Origin: Takakia lepidozioides
Lineage: Eukaryota; Plantae; Bryophyta
Length of the DNA stretch: 64,000 nucleotides
Reading direction: 5' to 3'
Assembly (NCBI GenBank): GCA_030704615.1
Contig: CM060734.1
Span: forward strand, 42,966,001 to 43,030,000
Both the position numbers and the translations under genes were made by a program. Numbering within the stretch: position 1 is the stretch's first letter; each line of letters opens with the position of its first letter. The notes beneath the pieces are model-generated. The model was given only the letters and a program-made list of their open reading frames with translations, was not told the DNA's origin and ran no database searches. Shown here piece after piece: positions 24,521-37,192 of this stretch.

Positions 24521-27500
24521 CAGTTATTCTATGACCTGGCCTGGCGGTCCATGAGCCTGGGCTCCAAGTCATGAGCGTACACTGGTACTCATGAGCGGAG
24601 TGCTTCCAGCATGAGCGCGGAAATCTTCGATTTTTGATTATTTTATAGTTTTTGGCCCGAAAAAAATCTGCCGAAATTCGAAGTGTGTTACTTTGCGGCT
24701 CATGGGTTAGCCATGCCCGCTCATGAGCTCATGAGCTCACCACTCATGAGCTCATGGAATAGCAACCCCCCCTTGCAGCTGGAGTTTTAGGTGGGTTAAA
24801 AGCAGCATTGCCCCATACCTCAGGCTGTGGTGGCTGCGGTGTGGTTGTAGTAACAACAGGTTCAACTACTGGTACAGTGACTTGTTGTGGTGTTGGTGGT
24901 ACTGGCTCTTGTATCATTGGCATCTCCTGCACCTCCTGTGAAGACTGAAAAGCCAAAGTTCTGGCTTGTAAATAAGAAGCCATTAGCTGTTCCTGAGGGA
25001 TATATGCTCTTTTGTCGATATTTGAAGTGAGGTCCTCCACTTGAGTCTGCAGTCCATCTACATCCTCCTGTAACTTTGCTATCCTACTATAGACATTGTC
25101 TATAGTAGTTGTGGCAATGTTCTGCACTTGGAGTCTGAGCTCATTCATCTCGCTTTGGGTGAGCTTTCGTGGTGCTTTGCCCTCCACTGGCCCTTGTGCT
25201 AACCAGACCTGCATAAGGCTGTTATCCACCAAGTTGCTTGTGGTTCCTCTGAGAGCGTGCTCCTCTCTGAGTTTGTACACTTCTAACTGCTGTTGTAAAG
25301 CCTTCATGCGCTTCGCATGAGGTTCAACCAAATTCGCATAGGCAGCAAGTAGATTATTAGCTTCCTTCCAAGCCTTGTTAGTGACCGAGATTTCATTTCT
25401 ATTGGCCACGAGCGTTTGTTGCAACTCCAGGATGTACTTCTCTTGATCAGCTTCAATCTGCTTGTATTGCTTGAAAGTATCCTCATTGCAACATATTGTA
25501 TTCTTCATATCGACAATGAGGTTCATTTGCTCAACATTCTCTGCTTCTGCCTTTGTACATTTTTCCGCTTGACTGTTTATTTCTTTTGTAGATTGGTCAA
25601 GCATAGTTGTGAATGTAGCACATTATATCGCCATCCTTTCATGCACTGTCTGCAACTCCGTATGTAGTGCATTCACTTCTTGCAACTTGCTTTCATGCTG
25701 CACCTGCATTTGGTATAGCTGTTGCTTATGTGCTTCGTGCAACTGGTCTTGCGCGAGGCCTGCCTCAATCAATTGTTCCTTGCCCAATTGCAAAGCCGCT
25801 TCTGTATTTTCCAAGTCCTGCTGCATCTTGAGAATGACCTCTTCATCGACCTTGTTTGCACACTCAGTGGCTAGTCGAGCCTCAAACTCCTTCCTGAGTT
25901 CCTCTCTCAAGGCTGTCAATTGGGTAGTTGGAACATGGGATTTGACATAAGTCCCCAACAAATTAAGTGTCCTGCCTATGGAACTCATCAGCATTGCCTG
26001 TTGAGGGTCATCATGGTGAGGTTGCTGCTATTCCTCCTGATCCTCAACCGTGTGATGTCTCACGAACCACTCAGGCCATTGTCCCACCGGATTTTCTTCT
26101 TGAACCACTTCATCCATCACCGGTGCTGCAGTGTCTTGACATTCTACCTGTGGTACCTCCGACACAGGTGTGTGTATTATATGCACCTCAGGATTTCCCT
26201 TGGGCAACTGTTGCACCTCTGGAATCTCTGTCTCCTTGACCAGACCAGAATATTCATAGAGAAGGTCCCCTTTTTCAATTTCTGCCACTATCTGTTCTGT
26301 AGTTGGAATATCTAACCCTTCTTTTTCCAAATCAATTATTTCTGGTTGAGCTGCATGGACAACTTGTAACCTTGTGACAAGCCGATCAGCTGGCTGTGAT
26401 GGCTGTGATACTGAAGTAACTTCCTCTTCCCTCTCTGAAGGTCCTGCTTCTAGTAATAGCAGTTATCTGTGCTGTTGTGCCCCTTCCTGCACATGAGCTT
26501 GGGAAATATTATCATGCGGAATCCGTGAAGCCAGTGGATCCGCCACTACAGTCTTTCCCCGTCTCTGCCTCTTAGTCTCGGGTTGCCCTGCTAGTCCACC
26601 CTCACTGTGTGAAGAGCCTTGCTCTTCCATTGCAGTGGTTTCTGGCTCAAACACTCCCATCTCCTTTCTTTCTTGCGCATCAAGTATGCTAGAATCAAGA
26701 ATTATTTGAGCAATGATTGGGCCAGACACTATGATAGGAGACTTTGCGGTAGTACCTTGTAATCTTTTCATCTCCTCTACCAGTGCATTGTACATTATGT
26801 CTGCCCATTCTACCTCTTGTCCTTTCAGGGCTTTGAGTATTTCCTCCGTGAAGGATCTGCTCAAATACTGTTGGTTCTGTTTCATGGCAATCAGAACGTT
26901 CAATACCTGGCCTACCTCCTTTAGCCCTGGGTACACGGCCTTGGTACAAGCATAACCCTGAGTTTTAAAGAAACTCCCTTCTTAGAATAAGTCCCCTATT
27001 TGCAGTCTTGCCCTGTGCTCCTCCACATGCACCTGACCTGCTGGCAATCGAAACAATTGCTGGAGGTATAGGGGAGTAATTACTAATTCAACTCCCTTCA
27101 CCGTTGTTGTTCCTGTCCTTGGCTCAAAGTTCTGCAAGAATTGTAACATGTACTAACTATGGTGCAATGTCCAATCTATGCTTTGCAATCCTTGCAATCT
27201 CAGCTCCTTCAGTATCTGTATCGCCTGTGGGGTAGCAATCGTTTGTTTCTGCAGAATTGTGGTGCTCTTCACCCTGATTTCCTCCATTCCTCTCACCCTC
27301 TTCATTTTAGACCCATAGAAATGTTTTGGCTGTAACAACTGCAAAAATGCCTGTAGTGCACAAAGCATAAACGTATGGTTGTCACAAAAAGCTATGGGTA
27401 ATTTCTTGTAAGCCTGTGGAGCTTGCAAGCATCGATCAAGAGAAAAGCTCCGCTCTGTTCTTTCGTGTCTATGCCACTGCGTAAGTAATATTGCGAGCGT

Positions 27501-27999
27501 ATAGTCTGTTAGTTCCTCCATAGTTTCCAAGCTATAGCATTGATGGTTTGTCCCGTCGAGACACCCGTTACTCAGAACGACGCCGCCTCTTGCGCTTAAT
27601 TTCCCTCCAATTTCTTGATCCTTTCTCTGGCTTTCTATTGGCTGTAACCGCTGTGACTGGATTTTAGATTTCATTTTCTTTAGTGGACTTTCCCTGCTGG
27701 ATAGTCCACTAGGATCACACATGCGACAAGAATTTCGCTTTTCTATACTTGCCGTTTGTTCCGTTCCCCTTTTACCGTATTCATTCATGGGCCCCCCTTT
27801 CATCCAATTTGACGCGCTAAGTAGGTACTTTGACGGCCATCTTTGTCCTCTTTCTTGATGACACCTGATCTTGCACTTCCTTCTCAGCTGTGTGTCGCGC
27901 CCTGACTTCCACGTGTCTATTTTTAAACTGGTTTCCATCGGCCATTTTCCTGAAGTTATTGGGCGTCCACCTGTCACTGATTCTATGGATCGTGTAACC

Positions 28000-28220
28000 C
28001 TAGTAGGCTGTGTTGAGCTGTGACAGGCTGTGTCATACTGTGGTACGCTGTGATAGGCTGTGATGCACTATGGTAAGCTGTGATAGGCTGTGACACGCGG
28101 TGGTAGGTTGTGATAGGCTGTGTTGCGCCGTTCTGGGCTGTGATAGGCTGTGTTGCGTTGTGCTGGACTGTGATAGGCTGTGTTGCGCCTTGATAGGCTG
28201 TGATAGGCTGTGTCACGCTT
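28000..28220 (-). repeat. 30-bp tandem repeat (ACACAGCCTATCACAGC..) downstream of integrase
   Basis: About 7 units; same array as 36180-36480. Confidence 0.9.
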
Positions 28221-28329
28221 GTTCTGCCCGCCCTGGTCATATATGCTTGGCCTAGCGACAAGTGCTCCATACTCCGTTGGTAACACTGGCGCAGCCCGTG
28301 ACCGCTCTTTTCAACATGCAAATCATGCT

Positions 28330-30339
28330 GCAATGGTTTGTCATGGATACCACTGTATCCCTTTAACTTATTGGCATTGACTCTTCCCAGCATTTCTTTG
28401 TTAATGGTTTGTAACATGGCGGTGTTGTTATCATACATCTTTTGTATGACATAAGGTCATTTCCATGGTGATTTAAGCTTAGAAGCTTTAATTTTTCCCT
28501 TCTTCTGCAACCATAGAACCAAATCTCCCGTCTTAAAAGTTTTTAACTTGTTTTTGTCAAACTGTTCCTTCCTCTTCATCTGAATTCTGGTCATATTATC
28601 AGCTGCATCAGCTCATCACAACTCTGACAATACTCGTGTACATCTTTGAACAAAGTAGGCCACCAGTAACCTGCGAGTAGTATCTTCCTACTGGTAGTCT
28701 CTTCTCCAAAATGACCTCCAGCCACTCCTTTATGAACTTCCTCCAAAACTTTATTTACTTCATGGTGGTACAAGCATCGTTTTAGTACTCCATCAGGTCC
28801 TAGCTTATACATTCTGCTTCCTACCATAGTATAAGGTAAAGCTTTGATAGCGATTCTCTTCCTCTGCTCCTTACCATAACTAGGTGGGCACTGACCATGA
28901 GCAACGTAGTATCTGATTGGCCACTGCCAATCTAACCAGTCATCTGCACTTCCCTGCACCTCCACTGCAAATAGACTCGCATCTGGTAATTGATCATATA
29001 ATCCTGTGGCTGGTTCTCCTGTTGATAACCGTGACAAGTGATCCGCCACAAGATGCAGTCTCCCAGGCTTGTAAACAACCTCGAACTCAAACTCGTGCAA
29101 GATTATCAACCATCTTGCTATTCTTCCGCTTATCAGAGGTTTGTTTACCAGGTATATCAGAACCTGGTGATCCACATAGAACATAAACTTCTTGCCCAAC
29201 AGGTAATGCCTGAATTTCTTCACTGCATAGATCATTGCCAATGCTTCTCTTTCCGTTGTGCTATAGTTCCTTTCAGCACTGTTCATCAACCTGCTAGCAT
29301 AGTACACAGATGAATCTATATTTCCTGTAACATTCTGGGCTAACACCGCTCCCAACGTTTCTCCTGATGCATCGCAGTGAACATGAAATACTACATGCCA
29401 GTGAGGGTTAATCAGCACAGGTGTAGTTGTTACTGACAGTGTAAGTTTCTCAAACGCCTGTTGACATTCAGCTGTCCAGGCAAACACTGCATCTTTCTTC
29501 AGAAGCTTGCTCAATGGTGCTGCTATTTGTGCATACCTTTTGACAAATCTTCTGTAATAACTGGTTTGCCCAAGGAATCTCCTTAGACTCTTAACATTCA
29601 CTGGTGGTGGAGAGGCTTTAATGGCCTCTGTCTTCCTGGGATCCACAAGAAGTCCCTTCTTACACACAATGTGTTCCAGAAGCACCCCTGAGTTCACACA
29701 AAAAGTACACTTCTCTGGATTCAAGCCCAGACCTCTCATCCTACATCTGGCCAGACATAACTCCAATTTATGCAAGTGCTCATTCTTAGAGTTGTACACA
29801 CTGAAATCATCCAAGAACACCTGCATGAAATCATCCAGATACTCATGAAAAGATTCACTTATTACTCTCTGAAAAGTTGCTGGTGCATTACAAAGTCCAA
29901 AGGGCATGACTTTGTATGCATAAGCACCCCAGTCTGTGATGAAAGCTGTCTTTCCTTGATCTTCTTCTGCCACTTGCACTTGATTATAACCACTGAAGCC
30001 ATCCATGAATGAGTACATCTCATGGCCTGCCACAGTGTCCAATACTGCTTCTGTGAATGGCAAAGGGAAAGGATCTTTCTTCGTACAAGCATTCAGCTTC
30101 TTGTAGTTCACACATACTCTTAGTTTACCATTCTTCTTGGGGACTATAACAATGGGTGACAACCAAGTTGTATACTCTATTGGGTATATAAACTTAGCCT
30201 CAGCCAACTTCTTAATCTCTTCTCCAACCTTCTGTGCGTAGTTGGGATTCATTGTGTACCTCGCCTGCTTGATTGGTATTGACCCTGGTTCCAGTTCAAT
30301 CTTATGCTGACAGACTTCAGGTGGTATCCCTTTTAGATC
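28330..30339 (-). pseudogene. Gypsy pol: RT, RNase H and integrase Zn finger; integrase catalytic core deleted near 28614
   Basis: VFLDDFSV, HCDASG, NYSTTEREALA, H-x6-GHFG...CQSC, then a direct jump to FKTGDLVLW and the GPY region. Confidence 0.92.
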
Positions 30340-31360
30340 TGTTAGAGGACTGTCGGGGACTTAGACACTTATACGGGATCTGTAGGGTACCCTTAATTTT
30401 TGCACAGACTGAGACCAACACTGAAGCCAACAGGAGCCTTAGGGGTGACAGCAGCGCACTGTACAGGGGGGTTACACAGCCCGTCACAGTAGTCACAGCC
30501 GACACAGCCAACACAGCCCGTCACAGTAGTCACAGCCGACACAGCCAACACAGCCCGTCACAGTCATCACAGCCGACACAGCCAACACAGCCCGTTACAG
30601 TCGTCACAGCAGACACAGCCGACACAGCCCGTCACAGCCAACACAGCCACACAGCCAGTCACAGCCCGACACAGCCAAACACAGTCGCACAGCCAGTCAC
30701 AGCCCGTCACAATTTCACACAGCCAGTCAAATCTTGACACAGCTGTCACGATCATGAGGGAACGGAGAGCAGGACAGGGAAACTGTGGGGAAACATGTTA
30801 GTTCACAGACGACGGTTAGTGAGGGAAAACGGTTAGAACAACGGATAGGAAGATAAAGGGAAGAAACGGTGAATTGAGGGGGGGGGATTCGGAGAAGGAC
30901 TTCTTGGTCATGAAGGAGAGGGGATCGGGCAGAGATGAAGAACGGAAGTGAAGATAGAGAGATGATGAGTAGATGCTTGATATATGCAAGGCTGTAATGA
31001 TATTGTAGAGCAGATTAGAGACATAATGGCTTCGGCCTGATACCTGATAAATCATAATCGGATACTCTTACGATACAATCACACTGTGTAGAGAGATCTG
31101 AGTGAAGCTGTGAAATGAATGGATGAGCTGATGGAATCCAATAGATTGATAAAAGCAAACTGATACTTAATATTCAATGGTATAGATAGTTAACATGAAT
31201 ACCAAAAGGGAAACAAATAGGAAACACCCCCATGATACACTAGCTGTAGGTCATGACTGATTGTTCTGCGCGGGCTGAGTGCTTAGAGATTTTCCAACTC
31301 TTCAATCTGAGGTTTCCGCCTCGAATAGCGAAGGGATGGGTGAGTAAAAGCCGCGCGACA
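30340..31360 (+). repeat. 5' LTR (family A) followed by PBS TGGCGACCATACTGGGGA
   Basis: TG...CA ends. PBS at 31363-31380 (probably tRNA-Arg, inferred). Inserted into the RT of the minus-strand copy. Confidence 0.95.
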
Positions 31361-31422
31361 TTTGGCGACCATACTGGGGACCTGAGACATGAACAACCAG
31401 ATGTGACAGGCATCTGGTGGGA

Positions 31423-32660
31423 TCATGGTGGTTTGGACCATTAAAGAATTTGAAGTGAATCAAATTCCCTGTGGAACGAAGGAAGAAAGATTGTCCAAAC
31501 AATTCTTTCAAAGGTTTTGGAATTGCCAGACGGTTGTAAAGAAAATATTCTTAAACGAGTGCATGATGCTGATCCAGAATGGGTCTGGAGAAAGGAGTGA
31601 TAAAGATTTATCAGGTAGCCTGTAGAGGAAGAGCACGTTGGTTTACCAACATTGGTTTATGTGATAGCATTGCTATCCATTAAACGAGTAGAGTTTTGAA
31701 GGCTGGGAAGAAAGAAAGGTGAATGTTTATATTCATATGCATGAAGAGCTTGTACTGGTAAAGAATTGGATTCCAAAGGATATTTTGTGGATCAAACTCA
31801 CACCAAAGAAACAGCTTTTCAGACTTGTTTGCCATATGGTTATATGGTAACTGAGACTTCAAGTATAGCCAAGGGTGCATTGAAGCTTGAAAGAAACCCA
31901 GGCATATACGAGAGATATTACAGAAGAGAGTTTTTGGTTATTGCCACATTAAAAGAAATGAAAGACATGGGGACATGAGTTGATGAACGAGAAGCTAGAC
32001 ACGACAGAGATATTCAGCAAAACAGAAGAAAGCTATCTGAAAGCTAATTATCCATATCTTTGGGAGAGAGGGAATAGACATAGGGGAATCATCTGGACCT
32101 CTCACACCATTAAGATCAAAGAGAGCATCACCTATACCGGAAAACTAGAGTTGGATGCCACTCCTTCTGTTTCTTTGCAAGAAAGATTAAGGGATTGGTA
32201 CAGGAAGAAGATCAATCACGAGGTGAAAGATCTGAGGTACATCCTTGGATAAAAGACTTGACAGAAATCTTTGATAAGAGTTGGCATGGAACACCAAAAG
32301 CAGGACTCCAGTTTTTGAAGCAGAAGGTGAAGAAGGAGAAGAGGATGTGGCAGAGCCAACGGAGAGTTCCAGACTCTCCCAACACCATTACAGTTGAGTT
32401 ACATGAGTGAAGAAGAAACCCAAGGGCAGAACTTGGAGGATGAAAACAGAGAGAAGAGAAATTAGAAGAGGAAGAATATGAAGAAGTAGACCCAACAGCT
32501 GAGGTTTGAGACTACAACCAGGACATCCCAACCCGTTGGACCCGGATCAAGTGGAGCACTTGGATCACAGGCCAACGAAGGTGTCGGCTCAGGGGATCAG
32601 GCGGGCTGCCTGGATCTGGCTCTGGGGGACAGGGAGTGTGGGAATAGTGCAACTGAAGCT
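31423..32660 (+). pseudogene. N-terminal extension of gag (family A), frameshifted, runs into the gap
   Basis: Collinear with 59040-60260. Confidence 0.8.
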
Positions 32661-33160
32661 NNNNNNNNNNNNNNNNNNNNNNNNNNNNNNNNNNNNNNNN
32701 NNNNNNNNNNNNNNNNNNNNNNNNNNNNNNNNNNNNNNNNNNNNNNNNNNNNNNNNNNNNNNNNNNNNNNNNNNNNNNNNNNNNNNNNNNNNNNNNNNNN
32801 NNNNNNNNNNNNNNNNNNNNNNNNNNNNNNNNNNNNNNNNNNNNNNNNNNNNNNNNNNNNNNNNNNNNNNNNNNNNNNNNNNNNNNNNNNNNNNNNNNNN
32901 NNNNNNNNNNNNNNNNNNNNNNNNNNNNNNNNNNNNNNNNNNNNNNNNNNNNNNNNNNNNNNNNNNNNNNNNNNNNNNNNNNNNNNNNNNNNNNNNNNNN
33001 NNNNNNNNNNNNNNNNNNNNNNNNNNNNNNNNNNNNNNNNNNNNNNNNNNNNNNNNNNNNNNNNNNNNNNNNNNNNNNNNNNNNNNNNNNNNNNNNNNNN
33101 NNNNNNNNNNNNNNNNNNNNNNNNNNNNNNNNNNNNNNNNNNNNNNNNNNNNNNNNNNNN
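32661..33160. other. Assembly gap (500 N)
   Basis: Run of N. Confidence 1.
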
Positions 33161-34752
33161 TGCCTATGCGCAATTGGTTGAGCCACAGGCGAAGCGCATG
33201 AAGGATTTACAACAGCAGTTGGAATTGTATAAGCTAAGAGAGGAGCAAACTCTCAGGGGAACCACAAGCAGCTTGGTGGATAACAGCCTTATGCAGGTCT
33301 GGCTAGCACAAGGGCCAGTAGAAGGCAAAGCCCACGGAAGCTCACCCAAAGCGAGATGAATGAGCTTAGACTGCAGGTGCAGAACATTGCCACAACTACT
33401 ATAGACAATGTCTATAGTAGGATAGCAGAGTTACAAGAGGATGTAGACGGACTCCAGACTCAAGTGGAAGACCTCACTTCAAACATCGACCAAAGAGTCT
33501 ATATCCCTCGGAACAGCTAATGGCTTCTTATTTGAAAGCCAGAACTCTGGCTTTTCAGTCTTCACAGGAGGTGCAAGAGATGCCAATGGTACAGGAACCA
33601 CTACCACCACCACCACAACAGGTCAGTGTACCAGAACTGAACCTGTGGTTACTACAACCACACCACAGCCACCACAGCCGGAGGTATGGGCAATGCAGCT
33701 TTTAACCCACCTAAAACTCCAGCTGCCAGGGAGTACAGTAGGGCTATGATTATGCCCTTCAACCAAATTCCATTCATGTTGGATTTGGCTTGGAAAGAAT
33801 TTAGTCCTCCGCAGTCATTCGCACATTACTACCAAATCATGCGTATTTGGCTGCCAGTGGCAACCAGGACTAAAGTTCTTCCAAACAATCGACATATTGA
33901 AGATCATCACTTTGCACAATACTGGCACGAGGCAGGTACAATGTTGAGGGAATTGGTTGCTTTCCAGGTTGTACATGGACTCATTTATACCAAGACCAAG
34001 GAGATAGCAAGTATTGTCATGGGGTGCGGGCTATACTACGCTGCTTGTTTTCTGATACGTTACCACATTGAGCAACAAAAGATGCAAGCACGCTTTCAAA
34101 GTTACTCCAGTGGAGATCATTGGGTATTACCTTCGGTGCCACCTCATATGTACCTATATGACCCAAAAGTTATGATACAGAAGGATTCTCAAATTCGTTC
34201 ATGGTTTCAAGCAGCCTGCAACAATTTGTCAACACAGAAATTCGGACTTGATGACATTTTCTATAAGGGACATATCGCATGGAAATACTTGCACGCGCAC
34301 CAGTAATTGGTACCCCACTCATTTGGACAGACAAGGAGCTCAGTGTCTACACCAATTTTGCTGTTCAACGGTTGCACCAGGTTGTAAAATGCAAACTTCC
34401 AGACATGGTAGGACAGCATTGTATGCCCCAGATGATTCCACAAAAAGTTCGAAAATTAAAACACCTAAGAGGCGATGACGATTCTGATACAACTGGTTCT
34501 TCACAAAATTCTTTTGACATGGGAGAAGACTATACAATTCAGATGGAAGCGAAGAAACAAAGGGGATCTCCTCTGCCGGAAAGATTACCTCGATATCAGC
34601 CTCCAGAAGGCCTCACTTATCCAGGTAGTAATCAACCATCTCCATCAACCAGAGACAGACCTCGGCTCGTACACACAGCCCACCACGAAACTCTCAACGT
34701 CAACAAAGTGATCACTCACAAAGGTTTGCTACTCGAAAACAGTAAACCGTGA
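33161..34752 (+). pseudogene. C-terminal half of the family A 3' extra ORF
   Basis: Matches the 55679-57211 protein; multiple frameshifts. Confidence 0.85.
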
Positions 34753-34783
34753 GGACACGGCTTTTTGAGGGGGGAAGGGGTAA

Positions 34784-35967
34784 TGTTAGAGGACTGTAGG
34801 GGACTTAGACACTTATACGGGATCTGTAGGGTACCCTTAATTTTTGCACAGACTGAGACAAACAGGAACCTTAGGGGTGACAGCAGAGCACTGTAGAAGG
34901 GGGTTACACAACCCACACAGCCCACACAGCCGTCATAGCCGTCACAGCCCACACAGCCGACACAGCCGACACAGCCCACACAGCCCACACAGCCGTCACA
35001 GCCGACACACCCCACACAGCCCACACAGCCCACACAGCCGTCACAGCCCACACAGCCCACACAGCCGTCACAGCCAACACAGCCCGTCACAGCCGTCACA
35101 GCCCACACAGCCCACACAGCCCGACACAGCCGTCACAGCCCACACAGCCCACACAGCCGTCACAGCCAACACAGCCCGACACAGCCGTCACAGCCCACAC
35201 AGCCCGTCATAGTCGTCACAGCCCACACAGCCCACACAGCCCGTCACAGTCGTCACAGCAGACACAGCCCACACAGCCAGTCACAGCCCGGCATAGCCAC
35301 ACAGCCAGTCACAGCCCGACACAGCCAAACACAGCCAGTCACCGCTTGACACAGCTGTCACGATAATAGGGAACGAAGAGTAGGACAGGAACGACTGTGG
35401 GAACAACACCAGAGAAGGGAACATGTTAGTTCACATACGACGGTTAGAGAGGGAAACGGTTAGAACCGCGGATAGGAGGATAAAGGGAAGAACGGGGATT
35501 ATGATGAGATCATTATTCGGGGAGGACTTGGGGAGTCAGGCGGAAGCGGAGATCGGAGAGCACGATGAAGGAGGATTAGTAGATGCTTGTTAGATGCAAA
35601 GCCGTAGGGATATTGTAGAGGAGAATAGAGATACAATGGCTTCGGCCTGATACCTGATAAATCATAATCTGATACTTATACGATACAATCACACTGTGTA
35701 GAGAGATCTGAGTGAAGCTGTGGATTGAATGGAGGAGTTAAGGAAACCGATAAATTGATGAAGCAAACTGATACTTAATTATCAATGGTAAGGTAGCAAA
35801 GATGAATGCGGAAAAGGAAACAAATAGGAAACACCCCCATGATACACTAGCTGTAGGTCATGACTGATTGTTCTGCGCGGGCTGAGTACTTAGAGATTTC
35901 CAACTCTTCTATCTTGGAGTTTCCGCCTCGGATAGCGAAGGGATGGGTGAGTAAAAGCCGCGCGACA
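34784..35967 (+). repeat. 3' LTR (family A) with expanded CACAGCC array
   Basis: PPT GAGGGGGGAAGGGG just upstream; TG...CA ends. Inserted in the integrase C-terminus of another copy. Confidence 0.95.
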
Positions 35968-37192
35968 CACCGCCATGTTACAAACCATTAACAAAGAGAT
36001 GCTGGGAAGAGTCAATGCCAATAAGTTGAAGGGGTACAGTGGTATCCATGACAAACCATTGCAGCATGATTTGCATGTTGAAACGCAAAAGCAGTCACGG
36101 GCTGCACTAGTGATACCAACGGAGTATGGAGCACTTGTCGCTAGGCCGAGCATATATGACCAGGGCGGGCAGAACATGCGCGACACAGCCTATCACAGCC
36201 CATCACGGCGCGACACAGCCTATCCCAGCCCATCACGGCACGACACAACCTATCACAGCCCATCACGGCACGGCACAGCCTATCACAGCCCATCACGACG
36301 CGACACAGCCTATCACGGCCCATCACGGTGCAACACAGCCTATCATAGCCCAGCACGGCGTAATACAGCCTATCACAACCTACCACAACGTATCACAGCC
36401 TATCACAGCTTACCACATTGCAACACAGCCTATCACAGCGTACCACAGTATGACACAGCCTGTCACAGCTCAACACAGCCTACTAGGGTTACACAATCCA
36501 TAGAATCAGTGACAGGTGGACGCATGATAACTTCAGGGAAATGGCCGGCGGAAGGAAGGACAGAAGCCAGTTTAGAAATAGACACGTGGAAGTCAGGGCG
36601 CGACACACAGCTGAGAAGGAAGTGCAAGAACAGGTGTCATCAAGAAAGAGGACAAGAATGGCCGTCAAAATACCTAATTAGCACGTCAATTCGGATGAAT
36701 GGCGGGCCCATTAATGAATACGGAAAAGGGGCAACAGAACAAACGACAAGTACAGAAAAGCGAAATTCTTGTCACATGTGTTATCCTAGTGGACAGTCCA
36801 GCAGGGAAAGTCCACTAAAGAAAATTAAATCTTAAATCCAGTCACAGAGGTTACAGCCAATCGAAAGCCAGAAAATGGATCAAGAAATTAGAGGGAATTT
36901 AAGCGCAAGAGTCGGCGTTGTTCTAAGTAACGGGCGTCTCGACGGGACAAACCATCAAGGCTATAGCTTTGAAGCTATGGAGGAACTAACAGACTATACG
37001 CTCACAATATTACTTACGCAGTGGCATAGGCACGGAAGAACAAAGCGGATCTTTTCTCTTAATCGATGCTTGCAAGCCCCGCAGGCTTACAAGAAATTAC
37101 GCATAGCTTTTTGTGGCAACCATACGTTTATGCTTTGTGCCCTGCAGGCATTTCTTCAATTGTTACAGCCAAAACATTTCTGTGGGTCTAGA

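Larger units (their letters stand above)
11547..24770 (+). mobile_element. MULE-2: 13.2-kb Mutator-like element with transposase and two cargo genes
   Basis: Perfect 9-bp TSD CCTTGCAGC (11538-11546, 24771-24779). Termini GAGGTTTACTATTTCATGAGC and (rc) GGGGGTTGCTATTCCATGAGC. Subterminal CATGAG arrays. Confidence 0.96.
10525..27305 (-). pseudogene. 3' extra ORF of family A, split by MULE-2 (10525-11546 and 24771-27305)
   Basis: PPKTPAAR|EYSRAMIM is continuous across the insertion and collinear with 37193-40741. Confidence 0.85.
9475..30339 (-). mobile_element. Athila/Phygy-like Gypsy element, 3' two-thirds (RT-RH-partial INT, extra ORF, 3' LTR), interrupted by MULE-2 and by an LTR at 30340
   Basis: pol ORF 28591-30252, extra ORF 27305-10525, PPT next to the LTR at 10483-10505. 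Confidence 0.9.

Noticed and set aside
32506-33201. ORFs across the poly-X region
   Set aside because: They span the N gap.
34716-35212. Cys/His-rich repeat proteins (GCVGCV.., HSPHSRH..), also in other LTRs
   Set aside because: Translations of the LTR minisatellite; frame and length are not conserved among LTRs.
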